From Octopus bimaculoides (Eukaryota): DNA of 64,000 nt. Shown here piece by piece: positions 25,682-37,504 of the stretch. A model generated the notes under the pieces. The model saw only the letters and a program-made list of their open reading frames with translations. It had not been told where the DNA came from and searched no databases. A program made the translations under genes and the position numbers. The stretch spans positions 17,805,834 to 17,869,833 of the forward strand of contig NC_068992.1 in assembly GCF_001194135.2 (NCBI RefSeq), given 5' to 3'. Position 1 is the first letter of the stretch. Each line of letters starts with the position of its first letter.

Positions 25682-25929
25682 TTTTATCTTTAACATATTT
25701 CAGTCACTGGAGGGCGGCCATGCTGGAGCACCTCCTTGGCGGGATTTAGTCAAACAAATCGATAGTAGTACTTATTTTTCTTTTTAAAATCTGGTACTTA
25801 TTCTATCGGTTCTTTTTGTCGAATCCCTAAGTAACGCAGCATAACCAAACCAAATTCGCTGAAGGAACAGCAACAAACACGAAAACACCCCCTCCCACAT
25901 AACTGTCTATCTATCTATCTATCTATCTA

Positions 25930-25986
<57 letters not shown>

Positions 25987-26150
25987 ATATATACACACAT
26001 GCATAACAGATTTCTTTCAGGTTCTGTCTACCGGTTCCACTCACAAGGCTTTGATCGGGCCAAGGCTACAAAAGAAGACACTCACTGCCACGCAGTGGGA
26101 CTGAACCCGGAAACATGTGGTTGGAACGCTAACTTTTTACTACATAGCCG
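25682..26150 (-). mobile_element. Diverged SINE family B copy
   Basis: CAGTCA..GGCCATGCTGGAGCACC, TACTTATTCTATCGG and GCAGTGGGACTGAACCCGG blocks in family order. Confidence 0.75.
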
Positions 26151-26462
26151 AATATTCTACCTAAATAGAGGTTGGTAAACTGAAACATCAGAAAATAAAA
26201 TTATCCTGGATACAGATCTAACTATTTATTAGCCAGTGATCTGATTGGAACTACACTTACCCTGTATGCTATGTATTTGATAAGTTCAGAAGAACGAAGA
26301 GCAAATCCCATCCTGCAGAAATTCCAACTCTAATCTTAATATCATAATTAAACACCACAATGTATCTTAATCCAGATTCTATGATTACCGTTCAATCAAC
26401 GATGTAAAGGTGGAGATTCATCGACTCACTTCCTTGGATAATAGTAGCAATGCCTATATATA

Positions 26463-26505
<43 letters not shown>

Positions 26506-27357
26506 NNNNNNNNNNNNNNNNNNNNNNNNNNNNNNNNNNNNNNNNNNNNNNNNNNNNNNNNNNNNNNNNNNNNNNNNNNNNNNNNNNNNNNNNNNNNNNN
26601 NNNNNNNNNNNNNNNNNNNNNNNNNNNNNNNNNNNNNNNNNNNNNNNNNNNNNNNNNNNNNNNNNNNNNNNNNNNNNNNNNNNNNNNNNNNNNNNNNNNN
26701 NNNNNNNNNNNNNNNNNNNNNNNNNNNNNNNNNNNNNNNNNNNNNNNNNNNNNNNNNNNNNNNNNNNNNNNNNNNNNNNNNNNNNNNNNNNNNNNNNNNN
26801 NNNNNNNNNNNNNNNNNNNNNNNNNNNNNNNNNNNNNNNNNNNNNNNNNNNNNNNNNNNNNNNNNNNNNNNNNNNNNNNNNNNNNNNNNNNNNNNNNNNN
26901 NNNNNNNNNNNNNNNNNNNNNNNNNNNNNNNNNNNNNNNNNNNNNNNNNNNNNNNNNNNNNNNNNNNNNNNNNNNNNNNNNNNNNNNNNNNNNNNNNNNN
27001 NNNNNNNNNNNNNNNNNNNNNNNNNNNNNNNNNNNNNNNNNNNNNNNNNNNNNNNNNNNNNNNNNNNNNNNNNNNNNNNNNNNNNNNNNNNNNNNNNNNN
27101 NNNNNNNNNNNNNNNNNNNNNNNNNNNNNNNNNNNNNNNNNNNNNNNNNNNNNNNNNNNNNNNNNNNNNNNNNNNNNNNNNNNNNNNNNNNNNNNNNNNN
27201 NNNNNNNNNNNNNNNNNNNNNNNNNNNNNNNNNNNNNNNNNNNNNNNNNNNNNNNNNNNNNNNNNNNNNNNNNNNNNNNNNNNNNNNNNNNNNNNNNNNN
27301 NNNNNNNNNNNNNNNNNNNNNNNNNNNNNNNNNNNNNNNNNNNNNNNNNNNNNNNNN

Positions 27358-27389
<32 letters not shown>

Positions 27390-27786
27390 CTTTAGTCTTT
27401 CTATTTCAGATATATATATAGTAACTGATGATATATCTGACATTGTTTCTATATTTGCTTCAAAATAGCCGATAATTTTCGATTGATAAATTACAGTTTC
27501 ATGTAATCGCGAATGAAGATGCGATTATAAGGGAAAAAAAACCTACATCTAATGGAATTCCATTTTTTCTTCATAAGTTCATGAAAAATTTGAGTCAAGA
27601 ACTGTAATAAATCAAACACTCTTTACCTTACAATATTTCCACAGTTATTGTATTAATCTTCGCTTCATAATATAAACGTTAGCAGACATAAAAGGGTGCA
27701 GGATTAGCAGAATGGTTAGAGTGTCGGTCAAAAGGCTTTCGGATATTGTCCCCAGTCCAGTGTTCAAATGACGCCGATGTCAACAA

Positions 27787-27827
<41 letters not shown>

Positions 27828-27828
<1 letters not shown>

Positions 27829-28262
27829 AAGGCGGCGAGCTGGCAGAATCGTTAGCACGCCGAGCGAAATGCTTAGCGGTATTCCCTCTGCCGCTACATT
27901 CTGAGTTCAAATTCCACCGGGCTCAACTTTGATTTCATCCTTTTGGGGACGATTAAGTAAGTACCAGTTGAACACTGGGTCGATGAAATCGACTACCCAC
28001 CTCACCCAAATTTAAGGCCTTGTCCCCATAGTAGAAAGGGTTGTCAAGTCGGTGAGTTGACAGAATCGTTATCACACCGAGCAAAATGCTTAGCGGTATT
28101 TCGCCCGTCCTTATGTTCAGAGTTCAAATTTCGCCGAGGTCGATTTTGCCTTTCATTCTTTCGGGATCGATAAATTAAGTACTTGTCGAACTTTGGGGTT
28201 GATGTAATCGACATTTCCTCTCACCCAAAATAGATGCCCTTGTAGCAAAATTTGAAACCATT
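27828..28262 (+). mobile_element. Two tandem SINE family C copies (an older head at ~27700-27785 precedes them)
   Basis: AAGGCGGCGAGCTGGCAGAATCGTTAGC head, GAGTTCAAATT B-box-like motif, TTCAT(C/T)CTTT..GGG domain, ATT-rich tails. Confidence 0.85.
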
Positions 28263-29290
28263 ACTATTGTTATTATTTCACTTTATCACAGAGTTCTGTT
28301 GGAGCTCTTGGAGTCTTGTATGCGTAGCGGGCTTGCTACCTGTAGCCTACGGTACCATGTTATCCGTTCTTCTCAGCTATCTAATACTTTCTTGATTATT
28401 CTGGCCGTTCCAGAGGCAAACCTTTTGTAACAGTTCTACTGCGCACTCTATTCCAATTTCCTTTATATTCCTCTTGATGCCTTCTGATACTGTTCCCATG
28501 AACCCAACAATAATTGGCACTGTCTTCACCTTCTTCATTTTCCATACCCGGGCTATTTCGTACTTAAGAGGGTTATTTTTGTGTCTTCTTGGATTACTAT
28601 ATTTCTTAACCTATCTTTGATTTCATGCAGCCACTCCGCTTCATCATTTAGCTCTACAGGTTGGTCCCAGATCCCTTTCCAGAATGCCTTGCTTTTCCCT
28701 GCATCTTGTATCATTGTTTCGTGTAATTGCCCATCTAGGTTCTGAAACAGCTTCTTCTGATTTGCTTCAAACAATGTTTTGACGCAATTGTTTTGTCGTA
28801 TTGTCATATCTTTGTTTCAATTCTTCCAATATGGCGTCATACCCTTTATCTCTTCTATATAGTCTTTCCATCATTATTCTTACGCTTTCGTTCTGCAATT
28901 CCCCTCTACTCAATCTATCAACTTGTCCTAAACGTCTTCTTAACTTTGTTTCTCACACATTCATCTTCGCCAAAATGGTTCTTTACGTTTTCTTTGTTCT
29001 CTTCTTTTGTATCCAACTCTATTTATAGCAACCATAGCTACAGCGCAAATAATCTTGTCAGTTTCAGTTATATTTATCGTCTGGAATAGCTTAAGGACTT
29101 AATCTATCTTTACGGTTTCAACTTTGAGCTTGCGTCGTTCAATGTACCAGAGATTGGAGGGTGCTTGATCCTGGTCTTCTCCAATATATAAGTACAGCAT
29201 CCTCACTATGTCTTGTTGGTCATCATCGTATTATTGTGATATAAATCTTCCTTTTACTTCTACTTCATTTGCTGAGAATGCATTCACATT
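28262..29290 (-). mobile_element. R4/Dong-like RLE non-LTR retrotransposon, internally deleted (no RT)
   Basis: N-terminal block LFEANQKKLFQNLDG..AFWKGIWDQP..EAEWL is joined at ~28572 to the RLE C-terminus PLKYEIARVWKMKKVKTVPIIVGFMGTV..LLQKVCL/GTARIIKKVLDS*, followed by a 3' UTR and a TAA-like tail. Confidence 0.75.
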
Positions 29291-29297
29291 TACACTC

Positions 29298-31073
29298 TTA
29301 TTATTATTGTTATTATTGTTGTTGTTGTTGTTACACTGGGGTAAAATATACGAAGCCCAGTATACCTATCATGACTACCCGTCTGATAAGGATACACCAG
29401 GCACATGCATCACAACCATACGTGCATAAGATGGTGATCTCATATCGATATCAACAGTGCAGAACTGGTCGAGCAGCCCATCCTACTCAAAAGGTCCCTG
29501 AATAAGGGTTCTTCAAGGATATTGAACGAAATACCAATGTTTCCAAACGTGAATTATCCAAACCCCAAAGAATTCCTTTCAGCACATGGCTATGATGCTC
29601 CCCCACTACTTCTGCTCATGATCAGAGATGCACATATCGTCAGCTACTAAGGGACATGCTCAACTGGTTAAAGTCAAACAACTGACAAGCAAATCTGATA
29701 TGACAGGAATTGTTTCTGTTTATAGACACCACATTCGAGTTAACTCTATTTCCTGATCTTTGTATTTTGAAAGTTTCTCCATTTCTCTTAGAGAAACTTT
29801 GTTGACACATCGATTAGAAAGCCTTTTTTTTTCTCTTGATAATCTCTGACAATTATATCCGGCCTCTTAGCCTTAATTTCTCTATCTGCGTGTATTGGTA
29901 TATCCCATAGTATGGTTGCTTTCTCATTTTCTGTGATCTTTTCTGGCATGTACCTATACCATCTTTTTTCTGTTGTTATTCCATAGTGTTGTCATAGCTT
30001 CCAGTGCATATAGGTCCGAGCTCTGTCGTGTTTGTGAATATATTCCTTCTTAGCCAGGACTGGGCAGCCAGTGACAATATGGTTTATTGTTTCTTGGCCA
30101 TCTCTACATATCCCACAGTTACTTGTTATGTTTCTTTTCATTATATGTGTTTGATAATTCTAGTGGGGAGGCTTTGGTCTTGTGTTGCAATTAAAATTCC
30201 TTCAGTCTCTGCTTTGAGTCCTGAGCTTCTCAGCTATTGTTGGGACTTTGCTTTGTCTATTTATTTTGCATTAATTTTAACCCAGTATTTGCCATGAAGG
30301 GGCTTTTCTTGCCATCGATTTAACATGGTCAGTTGCTGTTCCAGTTTTAGTTTGCATTTTAGTTGTTTTACAGCTTTTGTTGTTTTTTCTTTTTCTTCAT
30401 AGTTGTTAGGTACTATGACAAATGTCAGCTTCTTTAAAGACTGAAAACAATTTTTTGTTTTGATCGTGTTTTTGGCTATTTGTATTAGTTTTCCTTGCTT
30501 CTGAATTAGGTATTTTTGTAGTTCCATGATGGTTATTTTTGTAATAGTTTTCTAGCTGTATAAGGCCTCTACCACTTTCTATATGTTGTATATATATAAC
30601 CTTTCTGTGTCAGAATTTTGTTGGTGCATCCTAAATCCTGCCTTTATTTTTCCTGTTTTCCTGTCTTTTTTGATTAGGTCATTTTGTGTCCAGTGTCTCT
30701 TTTGATAAGTTCATTTAGTGTCCAGTCCAGGATATTGTAGCTGTTACTTATAACTGAGACAGCTATAGTGTTGATACCTATTATCTTCCTTTTCGCATTG
30801 AGCTCTGTTTTGAATATTAATCCAACTCGTCTACAGTATTCTTTTTCTATTTACTCTTTCACTTGTGTGTGTTGTATCATATCTAGTTCATTTGTATGTC
30901 TGGCTTTGGTCTAATTCTCTTATTTCATTTGCTTTATCTAGTGTAATGTTGCTAGTCTTAACTAGGTTTCCTCTTTTCAAGGATGCTTTGGCACACTTTT
31001 CTAAGCCAAATTTCATGTTTATTTCTTTGGTAAATCCATGTACTATTTGTAGTAATGTTTCCATTAGCAGAAT
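29298..31073 (-). mobile_element. R4/Dong-like RLE retrotransposon, 5'-truncated and decayed
   Basis: In order: RT end MKFGLEKCA, WQEKPLHGKY, GLKAETEG..ATQDQSL, CCHC knuckle CGICRDGQETINHIVTGC, RLE RPDIIV (29851-65), IDVS, KYKDQEIELTRMW. Then an abrupt jump (~29698) to a probable 3' UTR ending in (CAA/TAA)n. Confidence 0.85.
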
Positions 31074-31300
31074 TTCGCCCGTCGTTACGTTCTAAGTTCA
31101 AATTCCGCAGAGTTTCGACATTTCCTTTCATATTTTCGGGGTTGATAAATTAAGTACCAGCGAAACACTGGGGTCGATGTGATCAGCTACCCCCCTCCTC
31201 CAATTTTCAGGCTTTGTGTCTATAGTAGAAAGGATTATTATTATTATTAAGGCAGGTAGCACGCCGGATAAGCTTAGCAGTATATCGTCAGTCTTTACCT
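31068..31300 (+). mobile_element. 5'-truncated SINE family C copy plus a following head fragment
   Basis: AAGTTCAAATTCCGC..TTTCGGGGTTGATAAATTAAGTACCAG..CTGGGGTCGAT..GTAGAAAGGATTATT. Confidence 0.75.
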
Positions 31301-31380
31301 TATGAGGTCCTCCTGTATACATGTATATACACTTTGTACATTTAAACCCAAGGTCATTATCTGTCTATTTAAATCATTGT

Positions 31381-31443
<63 letters not shown>

Positions 31444-31889
31444 NNNNNNNNNNNNNNNNNNNNNNNNNNNNNNNNNNNNNNNNNNNNNNNNNNNNNNNNN
31501 NNNNNNNNNNNNNNNNNNNNNNNNNNNNNNNNNNNNNNNNNNNNNNNNNNNNNNNNNNNNNNNNNNNNNNNNNNNNNNNNNNNNNNNNNNNNNNNNNNNN
31601 NNNNNNNNNNNNNNNNNNNNNNNNNNNNNNNNNNNNNNNNNNNNNNNNNNNNNNNNNNNNNNNNNNNNNNNNNNNNNNNNNNNNNNNNNNNNNNNNNNNN
31701 NNNNNNNNNNNNNNNNNNNNNNNNNNNNNNNNNNNNNNNNNNNNNNNNNNNNNNNNNNNNNNNNNNNNNNNNNNNNNNNNNNNNNNNNNNNNNNNNNNNN
31801 NNNNNNNNNNNNNNNNNNNNNNNNNNNNATATATATATATATAAATATATATATACATACATACATATATACATATATATGTACATATA

Positions 31890-32208
31890 CAGGATGCCAT
31901 AAAGTGTGAAATTTCTATCATTCTCTCTTTTAATCTGTTTTCACAACTGCCGATATTAGTCACAAACCCATCGTCATTGAGTGGAGGCAGATAATGAACA
32001 ACGCGGGGGAAAGATAATAGGTGTGGGAGTGGGATTTGGCAAACTCAAGTAATTGGACCATTGTATTTTGAGGGATCTATGACAGGTGATTCGTATCTGG
32101 ACATGTTTGACAAGATGATGCCTCTCGTGCATTCACTTGGATGGGACAATATCATCTGGTTTCAGCAGGATGGGGCTCCACTCCATCCTGCTGAAACCAG
32201 AAACCCTG
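31890..32208 (+). mobile_element. Non-autonomous Tc1/mariner-family remnant
   Basis: TA|CAGG...CCTG|TA termini. Internal frame GIWQTQVIGPLYFEGSMTGDSYLDMF..IIWFQQDGAPLH is the second-Asp region of a DDD/E transposase. Confidence 0.8.
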
Positions 32209-32439
32209 TATGTTATCTGAGTAAGTTTGCTCTATTATAAAACAAAAAAGAAAATAAAAAACTATATATATATGTAGTTGACTGCTAATCATCTGAAAAT
32301 TTTGAGTCTGACTTTTCATTTTACTTGTATACATGTGTTTCTATATATTGTACATATGAAACCAGGGTCTTTATCTGTTTATTTGAATTATTCTTTCTCC
32401 CCCCACTCTTTCTCTCTCCTTGCATGCATATATACAAAC

Positions 32440-32470
<31 letters not shown>

Positions 32471-32509
32471 TGTATGTATGTATGTATGTATGTATGTATG
32501 AAAGTGGGT

Positions 32510-32910
32510 CTGTGTGTGTCCTTGTGTTTGTGGTTGACTTCGAGCACTTGACAGCTGGTATCCATTTGTATATATCTAGCAAAAATTAGCGGTTCGGCAA
32601 AATAGTACCGGTACAATAAGTATCAAACTTTAAAAAGACAGAAAAACGTAAGTTATGGGGTCGATGTGTTCGGCTACACCCAAGAAAGCGGTCCCACAGC
32701 ATTGCTGTAGTCCAATGACTGGAAAAAGTAAAAGATATTTCTTCATTAATACCTCACTTCATTGGCTCACAGTAACCTAGCCGTTCGTCAAAAGAGACCG
32801 ATAGAATAAGTACTAGGCTTACAAAGAATACGTCCTGGGTCGATTTGTTCGACTAATGGCGGTGCATCAACATGGCCGCAGTCAAATGACTGAAACAAGT
32901 AAAAGAATAT
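32510..32910 (+). mobile_element. Two tandem 3' halves of SINE family B
   Basis: TAGCGGTTCGGCAAAA..AATAAGTA..GGGGTCGAT..GACTG..AAGTAAAAGA occurs twice. Confidence 0.75.
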
Positions 32911-32934
32911 ATATGTATACATATTTGTAGAACC

Positions 32935-33085
32935 CAATAACCTCTTCTACTCTAGGCACAAGGCCTGAAATTTTCTTTGTGGTGGGGGGCGGGGCCGATA
33001 AAATAAGTACCAGTCAAGGAAATGGATCGATATAATCGATAGCCCCATTCCCGAAATTTCAGGTCTTGTGCCTATAAAGATTATG
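32935..33085. mobile_element. SINE family C 3' end with an inverted partial copy
   Basis: TAGGCACAAGGCCTGAAATT (left) is the near reverse complement of AATTTCAGGTCTTGTGCCTA (right). Confidence 0.65.
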
Positions 33086-33262
33086 AATAAAGGGTCTTTT
33101 AAATAAATGTTTTAGATATTATATATCAAGTGTACTTTCCACTTTTAACTATTGATATCATATATAATTTGTTCCAATTACATTTAAATTATGTTAGGGT
33201 CAATGCTTATTCTACAGAGAAATATGTATGTATATATGTATGTGTCTGTGTGTGTACAAATA

Positions 33263-33307
<45 letters not shown>

Positions 33308-34048
33308 GTATGTATGTATATATCTGTGTGTGTGTGTATGTGTATGTGCGTGTGTATGGGCATATATACAGATAGACAGACACACACACACACACACACA
33401 CACCCATATACATGCACACACGTATATATACGTACGGTGTGATGTGCGTGTGTGTGAGTCAGAAAGAAATAGAAAAATGAAAGCAAAAAGACAATGAAGA
33501 TAACAAAACAAAGGCAAAACACACACACGAAAAATAAGAAAAACAAAACGAAAAAATGGAACGTACTGTCACCTTTTGTCGGCGGAAGAGACAAAACAGA
33601 GTTGACAGTTCAAATGAGAGCAGAATCAATTGCTCCCTGAGCTGACAAATAATCGAATGGATGTGTTTTGCTGGTGAATATTTCACTACGTTCATCAATC
33701 ATTTTAAATTCAATCAGAAAAAATAAATTCTGTATTTTTGTGTTCAAAATTCCTGGAGAGAAAGAGCATGTGTCGACATGGCTGGCACCTTTTATGTGTT
33801 AAGTGTCACCTCCTGGCATTAGACCTTTTCATTTTATTAGTATTTTCCTTTGATTTCTGTAACTTCTACACTTCCTCGGTGTTGTTGTTGTTGTGGTTGT
33901 TGTGTCTGTTGTTGTTATTGGTCCTGCCATTGTTTATGACCAGCTTCGATTTCGAATGATGAGCAGTTCCATGATCATGAAACTTTCAGTTACAATATCC
34001 CCATTTTCTTATTTTTAAAAAAATTTTGATTCAGTGTATCTCCAAAGC

Positions 34049-34625
34049 GGCACTCCGTCGGTTACGACGACGAGTGATCCGATCAACGGAACCGCCTGTT
34101 CGTGAAATTAACGCGCAAGTGGCTGATCTATCCACAGACACACGTATCCTTAACACGTATCCTTAAAAAAGGCGGCTAGCTGGCAGAAACGTTAGCACGC
34201 CGGGCGAAATGCTTAGCGGTATTTCGTCTGCCGCTACGTTCTGAGTTCAAATTCTGCCGAAGTCGACTTTGCTTTTCATTCTTTCGGGGGTCGATTAAAT
34301 AAGTACCAGTTACGCACTGGGGTCGGTATAACCGACTTAATCCGTTTGTCTGTCCTTGATTGTTCCCTCTGTGTATAGCTCCTTGTGGGTAGTAAAGAAA
34401 TAACAAGTATCCTTAACATAGTTATCAGGGAGGTGCAGCGTGATACAAAATATGACAAGGCTGACCCCCTAACATTTGCAGTTACGACTCATTTTTGCCA
34501 GCCAAATAGACAAGAGCAACGTGAAATAAAGTGCCTTGCTCAAGTACACAACTCGCTGCCAGAGTCGAACTCACAATCTTACAATCATGAACCGAATGCC
34601 CTAACCACTACAAGTGAGCAAGCGA
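34049..34625 (-). mobile_element. SINE family A' (CORE-like) interrupted by a family C2 insertion
   Basis: 3' tail matches family A (GTCGTCGTAACCGACGGAGTGCC). CORE-like TTGAGCAAGGCACTTTATTTCACG is present. The element is split at 34167-34406. Confidence 0.75.
34167..34406 (+). mobile_element. SINE family C2 monomer with a 10-bp target-site duplication
   Basis: Full head to GTAAAGAAATAA tail; flanked by GTATCCTTAA at 34157-66 and 34407-16. Confidence 0.9.
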
Positions 34626-34770
34626 CTTTTCATGTTATTTCATGCTCTGTAAATAGAAGTTTCTGAGACCTGATATTATAGCTGCCTCTCCTGTTACAGG
34701 CCACTCTTCTTTCTGTACTATTCCAGATCCTCAGCTTAAAAAGTCCTCAGATGGCTTCCTCAAAGTAAAA

Positions 34771-35196
34771 GGCGCAGGAGTGCTTACCAACAACATGGTT
34801 CCGGGTTCAGTCCCAACTTGTGGCACCTTGGGCATGTGTCTTCTACTATAACCTTGGGCCGACCAAAGCCTTGTGAGGGGATTTCGTAGATGGAAACTGA
34901 AAGAAGCCCGTCTATATTTAAGAGATGAGGAATTATGTACATTATTTGCATTTGACAGATATTTGACCTCATCTTGTTTGTTGTTAACACAACGTTTCGG
35001 TTGATATACCCTCCAGCCTTCATTAGATGTCTTGGGAAAATTTCGAACCTGGGCTCTTATTCCTAAGGTATTTTTCCATGTTATTATTATTATTATTATT
35101 ATTGTTATTATTATTATTTAGGTCGCTGCCTAGAATCGAACCCGGAATCTTGGGGTTAGTAGTACGCGCTCTAAACCACTGCGCCATATGCCCATG

Positions 35197-35295
<99 letters not shown>

Positions 35296-35500
35296 CTGTG
35301 TGTCTGTGTCTGTTCCCTCATCATCGCTTGACAACCAATGCTGGTGTGTTTACGTCCCCGTAACTTAGCAGTTCGGCAACAGACCGACCAATAGAATAAG
35401 TATTAGGCTTACAAAGAATAAGTCCTGGAGTCGATCTGTTCGACTAAAGGCGGTGCTCCAGCATGGCCGCAGTGAAATGACCGAAACACATAAAAGAGTG
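34771..35500 (+). mobile_element. SINE family B split by an insertion in its internal TA tract
   Basis: 5' half 34771-34912 and 3' half ~35290-35500 are colinear with 56655-57072. Confidence 0.85.
34919..35199 (-). mobile_element. tRNA-headed SINE-like element carrying a minimal hammerhead motif
   Basis: On the minus strand: A-box TGGCGCAGTGG, B-box GGTTCGATTCT, (AAT)n, then GACAT-CTAATGA-A-GGCTG..CAACC-GAAA-C-GT-T-GTGTT (35031-34986), then a unique tail. Confidence 0.75.
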
Positions 35501-36079
35501 AAAATAGTAAATAAAAATAATGAAAGGGTAGGAGAATTTATTGAAAAATAGGCAAACAAATAAAGTGTTATTAGAAATATCAGGAAACTTCCACATGGGC
35601 CCTATTCGTTGCAGTCTGCTGAGTTATGCTTATTTTTGTGCATCTGAATTTTTCAAATTGTATGGTCACATTTTACAACACTTCTACCAGTCTATATCCT
35701 TTATTTCACATTGATAAAAATCTCAGTAAAACTACAGCTGTTGATATTAACTTTATTAAAATTTCGTTATTTTCTCATTCGTAAAAGTGTAAATGTTTAC
35801 TGTGTTTGCTGGTTTAAGTTTATTTATTTTCTATTTTACGTTTTGCCTTTTTTTGGTTGAAATTTAGTCTTGTTTTTCCTAGATTTTTATCGAAATTCTT
35901 CTCAGCATAATCGGTGTCGTCCCGTTTATCACCAGCGCTCCTACAAGAAGCCATATTAAAATACTTGTAAATAAAGAACAATGCTTAGGAAAAAAATTAA
36001 TATAAATGTCGAAATGACAAACTTTTTCTTTACAGCAGACAAAGATTAGATATCCACAATGTTTAGAATTCCCTGTTTA

Positions 36080-36119
36080 ACAAATAATAATAATAATAAT
36101 AGTAATAATAATAATAAAA

Positions 36120-36195
<76 letters not shown>

Positions 36196-36198
36196 GTG

Positions 36199-36233
<35 letters not shown>

Positions 36234-36348
36234 AAATGGAAAACATAAACATGCTTTTCCTTCATCAAATAAATCGTTGAGGAATCCAACTGTTTGCAAA
36301 GATATCTCGACTATGCCGTTGGTACGTCATTACATAATAATGGCGGTC

Positions 36349-36408
<60 letters not shown>

Positions 36409-36504
36409 GTGGTGATGATAATGATGATGATTCGATGCGGTGATGAATGCAATGTCGACAATTATACAACGTGATGACGACGACGACGACGACGACGACG
36501 ACGA

Positions 36505-36535
<31 letters not shown>

Positions 36536-36586
36536 GATTATGATGACGACGATGATGATGATGATGATGCTGATGATGATGATGGC

Positions 36587-36646
<60 letters not shown>

Positions 36647-36752
36647 GATGATGATGATGATGATGATGACAATGATAATAATGATGATGATGATAATGAT
36701 AATGATAATGATAACGATGATGATGATGACGACGACGACGACGACGATGATA
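36080..36752. repeat. (AAT)n and (GAT/GAC)n microsatellite blocks
   Basis: Direct reading; source of the poly-D/M/Y pseudo-ORFs. Confidence 0.95.
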
Positions 36753-37360
36753 ACTCAAGGCTACATATCTGGGTTAAAATGCAGTTAATAATCAGTATTC
36801 GTTTTGTCGATTTATGTGTTATGGAAAGCAAAGTGTTACATCCTCTAAAGAATGACACTCACAAAGAAGATGTCTCAAATACTTTACAACGGACGCCACT
36901 TCCTATTTTCTATAAACTCAACATCTTATGTGGAATGGGAGAACGGGCAACGGATATTCTCCAGACTCTTGGACAATTTTCTGTTCTCCTTTTCTTTCTG
37001 CAACATATTTCGAAGGAGTTCATTTATAGACTTTAAAATTAATACTTTATGTATATATATATATGTATATATATATATGTATATATATGCTTGTATTTTT
37101 ATATTTATGTATATAGATATTTGTNNNNNNNNNNNNNNNNNNNNNNNNNNNNNNNNNNNNNNNNNNNNNNNNNNNNNNNNNNNNNNNNNNNNNNNNNNNN
37201 NNNNNNNNNNNNNNNNNNNNNNNNNNNNNNNNNNNNNNNNNNNNNNNNNNNNNNNNNNNNNNNNNNNNNNNNNNNNNNNNNNNNNNNNNNNNNNNNNNNN
37301 NNNNNNNNNNNNNNNNNNNNNNNNNNNNNNNNNNNNNNNNNNNNNNNNNNNNNNNNNNNN

Positions 37361-37427
<67 letters not shown>

Positions 37428-37463
37428 GAACTCTACACAATTTTTCTCTCCTTTTTCCACTTA

Positions 37464-37504
37464 ATCATTTCTGTCCAAGAGCATAGGCTCGAAACATAAA
37501 AGAC
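37464..37504 (+). ncRNA. Decayed minimal hammerhead-like motif
   Basis: TTT-CTGTCCA-A-GAGC-ATAG-GCTC-GAAA-C-A-T-A-AAA. Helix II and GAAA are perfect; the CTGANGA core and G16.2 are mutated. Confidence 0.35.

Noticed and set aside
35722-35790. Minus-strand CGAATGA...AACAGCTGTA hammerhead-like relic
   Set aside because: Both core strands are damaged, so it cannot be told from chance without a family consensus.
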